DNA from: Thermoproteota archaeon
GTDB lineage: Archaea; Thermoproteota; Thermoprotei; Gearchaeales; Gearchaeaceae
DNA: 64,000 bases
Direction of reading: 5' to 3'
NCBI GenBank assembly: GCA_032249235.1
Contig: JAVVGF010000003.1
Coordinates: 32,001 to 96,000, forward strand
Made by a program: the position numbers and the translations under genes. The notes below the pieces were generated by a model, which was given only the letters and a program-made list of their open reading frames with translations, ran no database searches and had not been told where the DNA came from. This document shows, piece by piece, positions 21,000-31,140 of the stretch; positions within the stretch are counted from its first letter, which is position 1, and the number at the start of each line of letters is the position of its first letter.

Positions 21000-21503
21000 C
21001 ATATTATTTGAAAAAGAGGAAGAAGTAGTTAATGCTTTTTGCCAAGTTTTTAAAGATGAATTGGTAGCCTTGGTTCTCTATGGTTCTTATGCTAGGGGAG
21101 AATAGAAAAAATCCAGCGATATTGATTTGTTGGTTGTTCTTAAGAAAATTGATGACAGATACGAGGTATTCAAAAATTTATTCAAGTTGAAAAAATACTG
21201 GAACAAAGTTTTTATAAAAAGTTAAGAGAGAAGGGATTTGATCCTTACATTTCTCCTGTTTTTTTAGATGTGGAAAACGCAACAAGATTTAGACCATTGT
21301 ATATAGATATAGTCTTCGATGCCAAGATACTCTATGATAAAGACGATATTATGAAATATGATAAAGACGATATTATGAAAAATACCATTGAAAAAGTGAA
21401 GAAAAGATTAGAAGAATTAGGTGCAAAGAGGATCAAACGGGGAAGCACGTATTATGTTATAATAAATAACTTCCAACCCGGTCAGATCATAAAATATGAA
21501 TAG
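21000..21503 (+). pseudogene. Minimal nucleotidyltransferase (MNT) antitoxin pseudogene
   Basis: LVLYGSYARGE*KKSSDIDLLVV with an in-frame stop and a later frameshift. The ORF at 21270 is the 3' remnant. Start is approximate. Confidence 0.8.
21333..21380 (+). repeat. Perfect 24-bp tandem duplication
   Basis: tatgataaagacgatattatgaaa x2, translating as YDKDDIMK twice. Confidence 0.95.
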
Positions 21504-21921
21504 CTTAGAAATTGCTGAAGCTTATTTAAAGGAAGCAAAAATTAGAAAAAATATGCTGAATTAAGTCTTAATGAAGATAAAGATTATGCATTTTGTATAA
21601 GAATTTGCCAAGAAGCAGTTGAACTTTCTATTAAGGCTTGTTCAAGACTCGAGGTATAGAATATCCAAAAACTCATGATCCTGGAAGGATTTGATAGAAT
21701 ACATAGATCGATTACCTACATGATTTAGAAATGAAGCAAATATCATTGCAGATATTTCTAGATGGCTTAGAGAGGGAACCTTCATTATATGGTGATGAAA
21801 GGGAAGGAATACCGCCTACACTATTATACAGAGAGTTATTGCAAGAAAAGCATTAGAAGCTGCAAAGCATGTATATAGCGTTGCTGAAAAATTTCTAAAT
21901 GAAACGAAAGAGCGTATATAA
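21496..21921 (+). pseudogene. HEPN toxin pseudogene paired with the MNT pseudogene
   Basis: MNSLEIAEAYLKEA, CQEAVELSIKA, YPKTHDPG and YGDE..G.PP spread over several frames. Confidence 0.78.
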
Positions 21922-22067
21922 CTTTATTATGATAAAGTTTCTTACTTAAAATATAAAAATATTTATTTTTAATAAAATAAAAATTTTACTTAAATTTTGC
22001 TATAAATAAAAATTTTCCAAAATTTTTATAAACAATTTTGTTTATATGATATTTCATATACAAAAAT

Positions 22068-23364
22068 TTAAAGTATATTTAAAAATACGAAGATTACAAT
22101 CACATTGACTAAAGTCACTATCCAACCTATTTTGAAAAAATCCAGAAAGCTCAGCTTATATCCTTCTATTTTCAGCGCTTTCCAGAATTATTAAATTGCT
22201 GGCTGCACCTATTATTGTTAAATTACCTGCAAGCGTACTTCCTGCAGCTAATGCTATCCATGCGCTAACATCTGTAGAGGTATAACCAACTTCTTTAAGA
22301 ATCGGTAAATAAATGGTCACAAATGGTACATTACTCAAAACTTGACTTAGCAATACGCTTGCAATTAATATATGAGATATCGATGCGCTATCTTTAGGGT
22401 TCAAAGCAGGTAAAAAATTGCTCAAAAAAGATATTATTCCTGCTTTTGATAATGCTTGCATTAAAACAAAAAGCGCTGCAAAAAGTACAAGAATACTCAA
22501 ATCAAGCCTAGTTAATATTTCTCTTCTTCTATTGGAAAAAGCCAAAAGAATTATCGCTCCAACTAATGATATCTCTGCGATACTAAATTCAAAGTTATAT
22601 CCGAGTAATTCAAAGACGTTCATTGTTAAAATTGCTAAGATAGTTATTGTTAATATAATAAATGAAATCTTTGCTAAATTTTCATCTTTATATTTATATA
22701 TTTTTTTATCAAATTCAAACGTTTCTTTGAAATTTATTTTTGAAATTGATATCTCTTTAGAAAAATATCTTGAAAGTATCAAATAAGTTATAAATATATT
22801 TATTAAGGTAGGAGCCGTCAAATAATAAAGAAAATAAACAAAAGGAGCCCTCATATTACTTTCTAAGGCTATGAGTAAATTTTGTGGATTGCCTATAGGT
22901 GTCATTACGCTTCCAATTGTGACAGAAAAAGCAAGCGTTATCAACACAGGCTGGGGAGATATTTTCATCCTTTTTGCTAATTCTAGCATTAATGGCGTCC
23001 CTATCAATGCTAATGTATCATTCATTAATATTGCCGATAGTAAGCCTATACCTAATAGAATCATTAACAAAACCATCTTCGCATTTCTTGCTTTGCTCAA
23101 TAAATATATTGCAAAAATTTCTATAGCACCTGAGATTTCAAGACTTGCGGCGAATACTAACATGCTGAATAAGAAAACAATAACGCGAAGATTGATAGAT
23201 GAATATGCTTCTTCAACACTTATTATTCCAGAAAGAACCATTAATACCGCACCAATGCTCATGATTAACCAAATAGGGAAACCGCTTTTCTTTAGATTGC
23301 TAGCAATTATTGCAGAGTAAGTCGCTACGAATATTAATAGCGCTAGGAAGAAATCTGTTTGCAT
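22068..23364 (-). CDS. ArsB/NhaD/SLC13-like anion permease with a 1-bp frameshift near the 3' end
   Basis: MNDT, TPIGNPQNL, SNVPF, STLAGNLTIIGAASN. The conserved tail GYKLSFLDFFKIG..* continues in another frame to a stop at 22068; the tracked ORF stops at 22156. Confidence 0.8.
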
Positions 23365-23390
23365 TAATCTAATTTAAATAAAAAAATTGC

Positions 23391-23921
23391 TTAAATAGGT
23401 TCTGCAGGTACTTGAGGAGGTTGATATTGCTCAGGTAAAGAGAAGAATGCAATTATCAGAAATATCGCGCCTATGAAGAATAGGATAAGAGTAACAATTG
23501 CTCCTATTATAGTTAAAGCAAGGATTGCTCCTATGAAAAATAACAAACCTGCTGTCTTGAAATATCCTACATTTAAAGTATCTCCTGTTTCATCTAAGCT
23601 CCTTTTAAAGAACCACATGCCAATTATTAATAATACAGCAGCTATAACAACTAGGATCAAGGAAAAAAGCGTAGCAAATATATCAAAAGTGAAAAAAGCA
23701 CCTACCAAAGAGAATATAGAGAAGGATAGTATTGCTAAGCCGATTATTCCCATAATAATAGCATAGAGGGCATTATTGAATATGCTGGGTTTTTTGGTAT
23801 CGTCAGATATGAACTTGAGAGCTATTAGTATAAGTATGAATCCAACTATATCTGTGTAAGGGAAAATCAAGAGTATTGAACCGATTCCTCCTAAAAGCTT
23901 CGCATCCTTTACGCCAGCCAT
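23391..23921 (-). CDS. DUF996 family membrane protein
   Basis: AKLLGGIGSIL, FKTAGLLFFIGAIL, IAFFSLP. Confidence 0.82.
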   Translation of the reverse strand: MAGVKDAKLLGGIGSILLIFPYTDIVGFILILIALKFISDDTKKPSIFNNALYAIIMGIIGLAILSFSIFSLVGAFFTFDIFATLFSLILVVIAAVLLIIGMWFFKRSLDETGDTLNVGYFKTAGLLFFIGAILALTIIGAIVTLILFFIGAIFLIIAFFSLPEQYQPPQVPAEPI

Positions 23922-24085
23922 ATTCGCTCTATTACTTATAAATATATAAAGTTTACTTTTTTCTAAATCTAACTCTATTTAAAATGGATAACTTTTAAAG
24001 AGGAACCATGGATAAATATAAGGTCTAAATCGGATTAGTAAACTTTAATTTATAATGTAAAGCTGATTTATTTAAAAAAATTAAA

Positions 24086-25531
24086 TTAAGTATGGAGATA
24101 TGAAGCCATCACGAAATATATTATGAATATTACTGTAACAATTAATGTGGCTATGTTTATATCCCTGAATCTTCTTGCCAGTAGTTTTATAATTGTATAA
24201 GTTATGAAAGCTAATCCTATTCCATCAGCAATACTCCCTGTCAAAGGTATTCCTATTATTGCTATGAATGCAGGTATGGCTTCGGTTAGGTCTTCAAAGT
24301 CTACTCTTCTAATTAAGGAAATGAACATCAGGCCAACAAGAATTAACACGGGCGCTGTAGCGAAAGCAGGTATCGCCGTAACAAGTGGTGCAAGAGGTAA
24401 AGATAATAAGAATAATAAACCTACCACTATGGCTGTCAATCCTGTCCTACCTCCTGCCTCGACTCCTGAAGCTGACTCAATATAAACAACTGTTGTTGTC
24501 GTACCTGCTAGGGCTCCAACTACAGTAGCTGCTGCATCAGTATATAATGCTTTATCTATATTATGTGGTCTACCTTTTTCATCTACGAGCCCAGCTTTAG
24601 CTGTGATTCCTGTAATAGAACCTAAAGCATCGAAAAACTCTACGAAGAATAAAGTGAATGCTATAGGAAAAGATAGTGCTATAAGCTCAATGTAAAACCT
24701 TAAATTATTTGGAAAATTGGGAATTAAAGAAGTGGTGAATGCGGGAGTTTGAAAGATCTGAGTTGGCACTGGCGTGATACCTAAGATCATGCCTAATGCT
24801 GTTAAAACAATTATTGTCAATAAAAAAGCTGGCGGGAATTTCTTAACATAAAGATAAGCTGCTAAAAAGAATCCTCCTAAAGCAAGTAGTGTGCTTGGAG
24901 TAACAAAAGCTTTAAAATTAAATTGCAAGAGGGGTGTCTCAGGTAATGAGCTTATCAGTCCGCTATTTGCAAGGCCTATTAACGTAATGAATATTCCAAT
25001 TCCAACGCTTATTCCATATGCTAAGCTTGGAGATATTGAACGCAATATTGCTTCTCTTATACCACTCCATGAAGCGAATAAGAAAATTAAACCGTCTACG
25101 AAAACACAGAAGAGAGCAACGAATAAGGCTATTGTAGCGGCATCTACTCCTTTTATTCCTAAGGTTAAAAGTGTTGATGTGAATGCCGGAATCACAGTAA
25201 AAGCTATGAAACTATTTTCTCCCATTCCAGGAGCTAGACCTAGAGGTAATCTTGCAAGCAAACCCATCAATATTGAACCGAATGCAGCTGCTATCATCGT
25301 AGCTGTAGCAATTCCTATTTTTACACTATTTACTAGCGCAATTTGATCAGGGGTTAAATTCTGAGTACCTAAAGCATTTTTTAATGCAATTTCGAAACCT
25401 GCACCTACAATGATAGGATTTACAAAAATTATATATGCCATTGTCAGAAAAGTCGTTATGCCTGCTACTGTTTCAACTCTTGTATTAACTTTTACTTTTT
25501 CTTCAAGACCTGTTTTACCAATCGCTCCCAT
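24086..25531 (-). CDS. NCS2/AzgA family purine permease
   Basis: AGITTFLTMAYIIFVNP, APGMG, YIESASGVEAGGRTGLT. Confidence 0.92.
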   Translation of the reverse strand: MGAIGKTGLEEKVKVNTRVETVAGITTFLTMAYIIFVNPIIVGAGFEIALKNALGTQNLTPDQIALVNSVKIGIATATMIAAAFGSILMGLLARLPLGLAPGMGENSFIAFTVIPAFTSTLLTLGIKGVDAATIALFVALFCVFVDGLIFLFASWSGIREAILRSISPSLAYGISVGIGIFITLIGLANSGLISSLPETPLLQFNFKAFVTPSTLLALGGFFLAAYLYVKKFPPAFLLTIIVLTALGMILGITPVPTQIFQTPAFTTSLIPNFPNNLRFYIELIALSFPIAFTLFFVEFFDALGSITGITAKAGLVDEKGRPHNIDKALYTDAAATVVGALAGTTTTVVYIESASGVEAGGRTGLTAIVVGLLFLLSLPLAPLVTAIPAFATAPVLILVGLMFISLIRRVDFEDLTEAIPAFIAIIGIPLTGSIADGIGLAFITYTIIKLLARRFRDINIATLIVTVIFIIYFVMASYLHT

Positions 25532-25597
25532 TTGAGATAAAGAAAAAAGATAGGTATATATAGGTGTTTACCTTTATTTCGACTAGAAATTAAAAAA

Positions 25598-26041
25598 TTA
25601 AAATAGTATATTTAGGAAATAATATCCTAAAATTATTATTAAACCATAAACTAATAAACTTAGGGTTTGTAATACTATGCCTTTTCTAGTAGGAAATTTT
25701 ATTAATGCTAAAAAAAGAGATGTTGCATAAACTCCTACAATTGGAGTAAATATAATTATTGCAAAATCCAATCCTCTTTTAGCTTTACTTTTTAAATACT
25801 CTCCTCTTTTTATAAAGAATTTTACTACTCTATTTTCTTTTTTATAAATTTTTTCAAACAATTTAAAGATTGGATAAGCAGGAATTATATTTATAATTAA
25901 TATTAGAAATAGTGCAAATACAGGATTAAAGCCCATTGCTAGGGCTAGAGGTAGCGCAACTATTAATTCTCCTGTCAAGGTTATTATTATAACGAGTATT
26001 ATTTCAGCAAGCATACTTTCATTTATTTTTTGCTTGTTCAA
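25598..26041 (-). CDS. Small membrane protein (small multidrug export / COG2426-like)
   Basis: GELIVALPLA..GFNP; hydrophobic profile. Confidence 0.6.
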   Translation of the reverse strand: MNKQKINESMLAEIILVIIITLTGELIVALPLALAMGFNPVFALFLILIINIIPAYPIFKLFEKIYKKENRVVKFFIKRGEYLKSKAKRGLDFAIIIFTPIVGVYATSLFLALIKFPTRKGIVLQTLSLLVYGLIIILGYYFLNILF

Positions 26042-26831
26042 TTAATATCTTCAGTACACTTTTACCGATTTTATAACCAGTAAATTTTCCTTCGAAATTA
26101 TTCATTTCAACCCATGTTTTTAAATCCTTATATCCTAGTTTTCTGAGCGCATCTTCTATTTCTAATTTGTAATCATCAATGTCAACCATTTCTTCTTCAA
26201 TGAAAGTAGCAATCCAAATATTCATGATTCTTTCTAATTCTTTTATAGGATCAGGATGATCATCAACACGTAAATCGAAATATTTTCCAACGATTAAAGG
26301 GTCAAATTCTTTTTCGCTCTCATCAACTTTCTTAGCTATTATGATAGCAGCGCTTTGCTTACCTCTTATATCTCCTCCTTTTTGTTCTCCTGCTTTCAAA
26401 GCTCTTATGATTTTCTCATATATTTTTCCTCTTCCTTCAGCTTCTTTAGCCATTGCTTCTATTACTTCTTTACCTGCAAGGATATTTCCCTGAACGGAAT
26501 AATAATTTCCTATGATATGACCCGCATAAGGATAACATTCTTTGCCTGTAAATGCGGCTACATTACCTTTCGAATCTACTATTCCTACCTGTCTTTTCTC
26601 TTTAAAGGCATCATTGCTTATTAATATCTTTAAAGTTTCTTCTGCGTTGTATCTAGTTAATAAATCTAAACCTTTTGTTCCGTATTCGAGATTAGCTAGA
26701 GATTGCGTAGCTATTGCTCCAACTTTTGCTTTAACCCAAGGAACAAAAGCGCCTACTGCTAAAAATTTACTCGCAACGCCTACGCCCCATGCTTCTTCAT
26801 TTGGATCATAAATAACTATGGAAAATGTCAT
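26019..26831 (-). CDS. DUF1028 family Ntn-hydrolase-like protein
   Basis: MTFSIV, GVGVASKFLAVG, GAIATQ, QGNIL, GGDIRGKQSAA, DLRVDDHPDP. Confidence 0.92.
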   Translation of the reverse strand: MTFSIVIYDPNEEAWGVGVASKFLAVGAFVPWVKAKVGAIATQSLANLEYGTKGLDLLTRYNAEETLKILISNDAFKEKRQVGIVDSKGNVAAFTGKECYPYAGHIIGNYYSVQGNILAGKEVIEAMAKEAEGRGKIYEKIIRALKAGEQKGGDIRGKQSAAIIIAKKVDESEKEFDPLIVGKYFDLRVDDHPDPIKELERIMNIWIATFIEEEMVDIDDYKLEIEDALRKLGYKDLKTWVEMNNFEGKFTGYKIGKSVLKILIEQAKNK

Positions 26832-26897
26832 AAGAAGAAATAGATTAAGGAAATTAATTATTTAATGAAAATTCTATTATCGCAATAATGATTTGAC

Positions 26898-26932
26898 ATG
26901 GATAAAGAAAGCTTTAGGAAGCCTTATTTAAT
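26898..26932 (+). pseudogene. 5' stub of a duplicated ribD-C gene
   Basis: atggataaagaaagctttaggaagccttatttaat matches 30336-30370 at 32 of 35 nt. Confidence 0.8.
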
Positions 26933-27566
26933 TAATCAACTAATCTGAATATGTATACGTTTTCTTTGTCAGCATAGCTCTTATTCCTTCTATCGCACTG
27001 TTCCATAATTGGGGTGTGAAACATTAAGCGCGCTGTCGCTTTATTCCATTTTATTATTCTTCATCATACTAAACATAATTATAGTATCATATTTCAAAGT
27101 TATAATTTTGTTTTAATTGACTATCTAAAAATTTTATTATAAATTGTCTAAATCTTTATATAAATAAATATTTTAAAAAGGATTAGCTAATATATTATAT
27201 TTTTACGATATATTTTAAGGATTTTATATATAAAAATCAAATAGATAAATAATTAATAAAGTTTCTCTTTGGATCGGAAGTTCATTGTCTATGAAGAGTC
27301 TCTTAAGATTTTTAATTTAGCAACGACTTCCTTAATTACCTCAACGGAAGCTTCCTCTTTTATCGTTGAAAGGTGAGACAAATTGATCTTATAGTAGAAT
27401 GCGAGTAAAAAGCTATAATGTATTGAACTCTAGCTTCTCAGAAGATTGATAAATGTTCAATCTGACAAGGCAATAAGTGAAGCTTTTATTGTTAAAACTA
27501 ACTTTATGAACGCTTAGTTTTTTTAGGATAACGATAAAAAGCTCATTAAAATTAATAATCTTAGTA

Positions 27567-27971
27567 ATGTTAAACGAAAAAGAATTTATTAGATGGATTA
27601 AAACTGCTAAACATACTCTCGAAAGCGCTAAATTGGATAAGGATAATGGTTATTATAACTGGGCATGTTTTAAGGCTCAACAAGCAGCAGAACTTGCAAC
27701 TAAGGCATACTTTTATGGAATAGGGGAACCTAAAATAGGCCATTCAATAGCTTATTTGTTGCAATCAATGCCTAATGTACATATTGACTTGATAAATAAG
27801 GCTAAATTTTTAGATAAAATGTATATTCCAACCCGATATCCAAATTCTTGGCATTCTGGAACCCCAGATTTCTATTATACTTTAAATGAAGCTGAACAAG
27901 CTATCAATTATGCGAAGGAAATAATTGATTTTGTTGAGGAAGCATGGAAGAAATTATCAAAAAACGTATAG
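27567..27971 (+). CDS. HEPN domain toxin
   Basis: YNWACFKAQQAAELATKA, GHSI, LDKMYIPTRYP. Confidence 0.9.
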   Translation: MLNEKEFIRWIKTAKHTLESAKLDKDNGYYNWACFKAQQAAELATKAYFYGIGEPKIGHSIAYLLQSMPNVHIDLINKAKFLDKMYIPTRYPNSWHSGTPDFYYTLNEAEQAINYAKEIIDFVEEAWKKLSKNV

Positions 27972-28321
27972 AAAAAAGAAACAAAATCATTAACGAGGCA
28001 AAGAAATTTGTATTTTCATTAAAAGGAAAGTATACCGCCTTTTTAATAGGTTCATATGCAAGGGGAGATTTCAATACCGGAAGCGATGTGGACATCCTTT
28101 TAATTGGAGATTTCATGGATGAAAATCCTCTAAAAAGGCTTTTAAATTTAGATTTCCCTGCAGGCTATGAAGTCATTGCTTTAACAGAGCAAGAGTTTTG
28201 GATTGCTTTGGAAAATAATGATCCAATAATATGGGACGTACTTGCCAAATGCATAGTCTTAAGAGATGATTATGGTTTAACAAAGAAGATAAATATAAAA
28301 AACAAAAGAGACTTAAAATAA
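27944..28321 (+). CDS. MNT antitoxin
   Basis: LIGSYARGDF..GSDVDILLI; overlaps the HEPN gene. Confidence 0.9.
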   Translation: MEEIIKKRIEKRNKIINEAKKFVFSLKGKYTAFLIGSYARGDFNTGSDVDILLIGDFMDENPLKRLLNLDFPAGYEVIALTEQEFWIALENNDPIIWDVLAKCIVLRDDYGLTKKINIKNKRDLK

Positions 28322-28381
28322 ATTCAATTTCATTTGGCTTTAGATTCAATATTTATTAACTAAATTTAGTTCTTTTATTAC

Positions 28382-28730
28382 AAATGAAAAACTTGCCCTT
28401 CAGGGCTGGAATGAAAATACTTAAATATTTATTTTATAAATTTCTCTTAGGAAGTTCAGTAAAGCTCCTCCTAAGCTTGATAGAGGGTTTATGGGACTTA
28501 GGAAGGAGCATTCAGCATCTCTTTTTAATGAAGAATTCTTATTAGAATCCAGATATAGGGCTGGCTGCCCTTTTAATGAAGGTTTCTTTTATTTAAACCA
28601 GATAATATGGGAAAAGCTTGACCCCTCTAGTGTCCAGCAAATGCGAGATGTAGCTCCGAATCAATGCTGGAAACCAATGAGCTTCTCTAGAAGTAGAACC
28701 CTCAACCTTCTAGAGCAGTGAGGAGGTCAG
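28382..28730 (+). mobile_element. Internally deleted, non-autonomous IS200/IS605 (tnpB-type) element
   Basis: Left hairpin gcccttcagggc after TTAC. 5' part is homologous to 62590-62726. 3' part resembles an archaeal tnpB tail (QMRDVAPNQ..PM) and right end gaaccctc..gaggaggtcag. Confidence 0.72.
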
Positions 28731-29194
28731 TAGAGTGTTTTCTTAGCCTCTTCGAGCATCTTCCTAACTTTACTTATATAGCCTTCTATTCTGTTAATGG
28801 GCAATTTACCTTCATGAAATCCCCAAACATGTAATATGTATGCAGAACTCCAACCATCAATTACCCAGTCACCCAGCTTGGTTGACAACACCTCACTTGC
28901 GCTTACAAGCAAATAAGTATACCACCTACCTTCTCTAATTGCTTGTTGATATTCTTGCAAATTAAACTTCTCAGATAAAGCCTTAATTACCTCTTCAGCT
29001 ACCTTATAAACCTTTTCGGAAGCCTGAACAACATCACCTTTTTTTACATATTCTTCTGCCTCACTCATGTACTTCTCTGCTAAAGAAACTCTCAGTTTAA
29101 TACCCTCTTGGGGGTCTTCCTTTGCTAAAGCGTTGATGAGCAAATCCTCAACATTTATCCCTTTCTCCTCCAGTCTTTTAATAAGCTCCTCCAC
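28727..29194 (-). CDS. PaREP1 family protein
   Basis: GDVVQASEKVYKVAEE, GRWYT, LHVWGFHE. Confidence 0.92.
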   Translation of the reverse strand: MEELIKRLEEKGINVEDLLINALAKEDPQEGIKLRVSLAEKYMSEAEEYVKKGDVVQASEKVYKVAEEVIKALSEKFNLQEYQQAIREGRWYTYLLVSASEVLSTKLGDWVIDGWSSAYILHVWGFHEGKLPINRIEGYISKVRKMLEEAKKTLY

Positions 29195-29454
29195 AACACA
29201 AATTACTGTTTGCCCGTTTTTATATTTGTTGTTAAATTATTAACAGTAAATTCCGTAAATACTAGCTATTTAGATTATTATCTCGGCTTTGCTTTGTAGG
29301 GTTGTTCAATTTTTATCAGAGCTTACATAAAGCTTTCTTTCAATTCGACGAATGATCTTGAGTTTTAATTAACTCGATAAGCTTAACATCTGAGATAATT
29401 CAAAAACCCACAAAGCAGTTAAATGAATATTAATAGTAATCAATGCATTAATGG

Positions 29455-29655
29455 AGAAGCAAAATCTGGAGCTTCAGAGGAGGGTCTTTCTCCTTCTCCA
29501 AAGCTCTTTAATGAGCTTATGAAGGGAAGGAATGGGTTCATCCTGACAGGGGAAGAGGCTTATGAGAGCTTCAATGAACTCGAGAGAAGCTCTAGGCCGT
29601 TGAATCCCAAGTATTATGTAAGTCGATTTAAGACTACATAGCTTAGAACCCCTAA
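29455..29655 (+). mobile_element. Possible degenerate tnpB 3'-end remnant
   Basis: GC-richer tract (tctggagcttc..gagcttatgaagggaag..cttagaacccc) resembling archaeal IS605/IS607 right-end regions. Weak support. Confidence 0.3.
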
Positions 29656-29779
29656 AAGACTAGGCTTTCTGTTATATCTATCTTTCTCCACGCCTTGAAA
29701 AGGCAAGGGCTCTCTTTCCAAAGCGATTCATTGTTCCCACCATAGATTGGAATTACATATCGCATATGAGAGACAGTAA

Positions 29780-29899
29780 GTAGCACAGGAGAGGATAGAT
29801 GATTATTCGAAGAGAGCAGTCGAAGCAGCTGTAGAGATGGTTTATAAGATGAGGAAACTTAGCGAACATGGAAAAATTGAAGGGATTGTAGAGATATGA
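29780..29899 (+). pseudogene. ribH: 3' fragment of lumazine synthase
   Basis: VAQERIDDYSKRAVEAAVEMV..* resembles the archaeal RibH C-terminus. Preceded by an in-frame stop; no 5' part present. Confidence 0.7.
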
Positions 29900-30045
29900 T
29901 ACGCTTAGGTGTAATACAATTAAAAGATTATGAGAACTGGATAAAACTGTTAGGTTTCGATAGGGAGTGGGTTGTTCAGGCTACACAAGCCCTTGAATTA
30001 ATTCGAGATGGAAGATGTAGTAATATTTGCATCCTAGAGGAATAG
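29896..30045 (+). pseudogene. gch3: Internally deleted GTP cyclohydrolase III (IIa)
   Basis: MIRLGVIQLKDYENWIKLLGFDREWVVQATQA resembles the crenarchaeal Gch3 N-terminus and is joined to ALELIRDG..*. ATGA overlap with the ribH stop. Confidence 0.68.
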
Positions 30046-30119
30046 AAGCAAGAGTTAAGATATGAGATTTAATGTCTTAAACTCAGAAAAGGATTAAAGT
30101 CTGTACCATATATAACCAA

Positions 30120-30271
30120 GAAAACCTTTTGTTCCATACTCAAGATTGGCCATTGATTGTGTAACTATTATTATAATACGTGAGAACTAGAGCACCTACC
30201 GCTAAGAATTATTAGTAAAGCCCCATCTCATGTATCTTCGTTCTGAACATCAATAACTGTTAAAATGTCAT
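30120..30271 (-). pseudogene. Decayed 5' copy of the DUF1028 gene
   Basis: Reverse strand reads atgacattt..ttagcggtaggtgct..acacaatcaatggccaatcttgagtatggaacaaaaggt (TQSMANLEYGTKG), versus TQSLANLEYGTKG in the intact gene. Confidence 0.8.
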
Positions 30272-30335
30272 AATCAGATACGTAAAAATTAATTATTTAC
30301 AAAAATTCAATTAATTTATTACTGTTATCTTATTT

Positions 30336-31004
30336 ATGGATAAAGAAAACTTTAGAAAGCCTTATTTGATAATCTTCTCCACTATGACAATAGATGGCAG
30401 GATTGCAAGTAAAACATGGTTTTCTAATTTAAGCTGTCCAAAGGATCTAGAGAGGTTGCATAAGCTAAGAGCTGAAACAGGTGCCGTAATGATTGGAGCT
30501 GAAACTGTCATAAAAGATGATCCTTCATTGAGATTGAAGTACTTTAAAGGAGATGATCCATATAAAATAATTATAGATGGTTTATTAAGAGTACCCATAT
30601 CTGCTAGAGTTTTTACTATCAATCCTGAAAAAGCTATATTATTTACTTCTAAATTTGCGGATGAAGAAAAAATAAGGGCATTAAAAGAAAAAGGTGTTAG
30701 AGTTTTTCAATTTGAAACAAAGATTCTGAATTTAAGGGAAGTATTGAATAAGTTGTATGAGCTAGGCTTAAAGAAAATAATGGTTGAGGGAGGAGGTGTA
30801 TTGAATTGGAATTTGCTCAACTCAAAATTGGTTGATGAGCTAAGAATAACAATATCTCCTTATGTTTTCGGGAAAGGAAGGAGCGTATTTGATGGTGAAG
30901 GTTATTCTAATACTTCAGAAAGTCCTAAGTTTGAATTGAAAAGCTATGAAATTTGCGAATGCGGCAATGAAGTCCATTTAATTTATAAAGTCAATTATTC
31001 TTAA
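30336..31004 (+). CDS. 2,5-diamino-6-ribosylamino-4(3H)-pyrimidinone 5'-phosphate reductase (RibD C-terminal domain only)
   Basis: MTIDGRIA, LHKLRA..AVMIGAETV..DDPSL, MVEGGG, VDELRITISPYVFG. Confidence 0.9.
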   Translation: MDKENFRKPYLIIFSTMTIDGRIASKTWFSNLSCPKDLERLHKLRAETGAVMIGAETVIKDDPSLRLKYFKGDDPYKIIIDGLLRVPISARVFTINPEKAILFTSKFADEEKIRALKEKGVRVFQFETKILNLREVLNKLYELGLKKIMVEGGGVLNWNLLNSKLVDELRITISPYVFGKGRSVFDGEGYSNTSESPKFELKSYEICECGNEVHLIYKVNYS

Positions 31005-31140
31005 TGAAAAGCTTAAGCTTTAAGTTTAAAATTTCTAGCATATCTATTTATAAAACAATACATTCTAACTTAATTAACTCTAGTTTTTTTAATAGAAATT
31101 GCTCTAATAAATTTTTATAGTTCAATATTTCTTAGTATAA

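Noticed and set aside
28491-28721. 76-aa ORF
   Set aside because: Chance read-through of the IS605 remnant; only its tail is tnpB-like.
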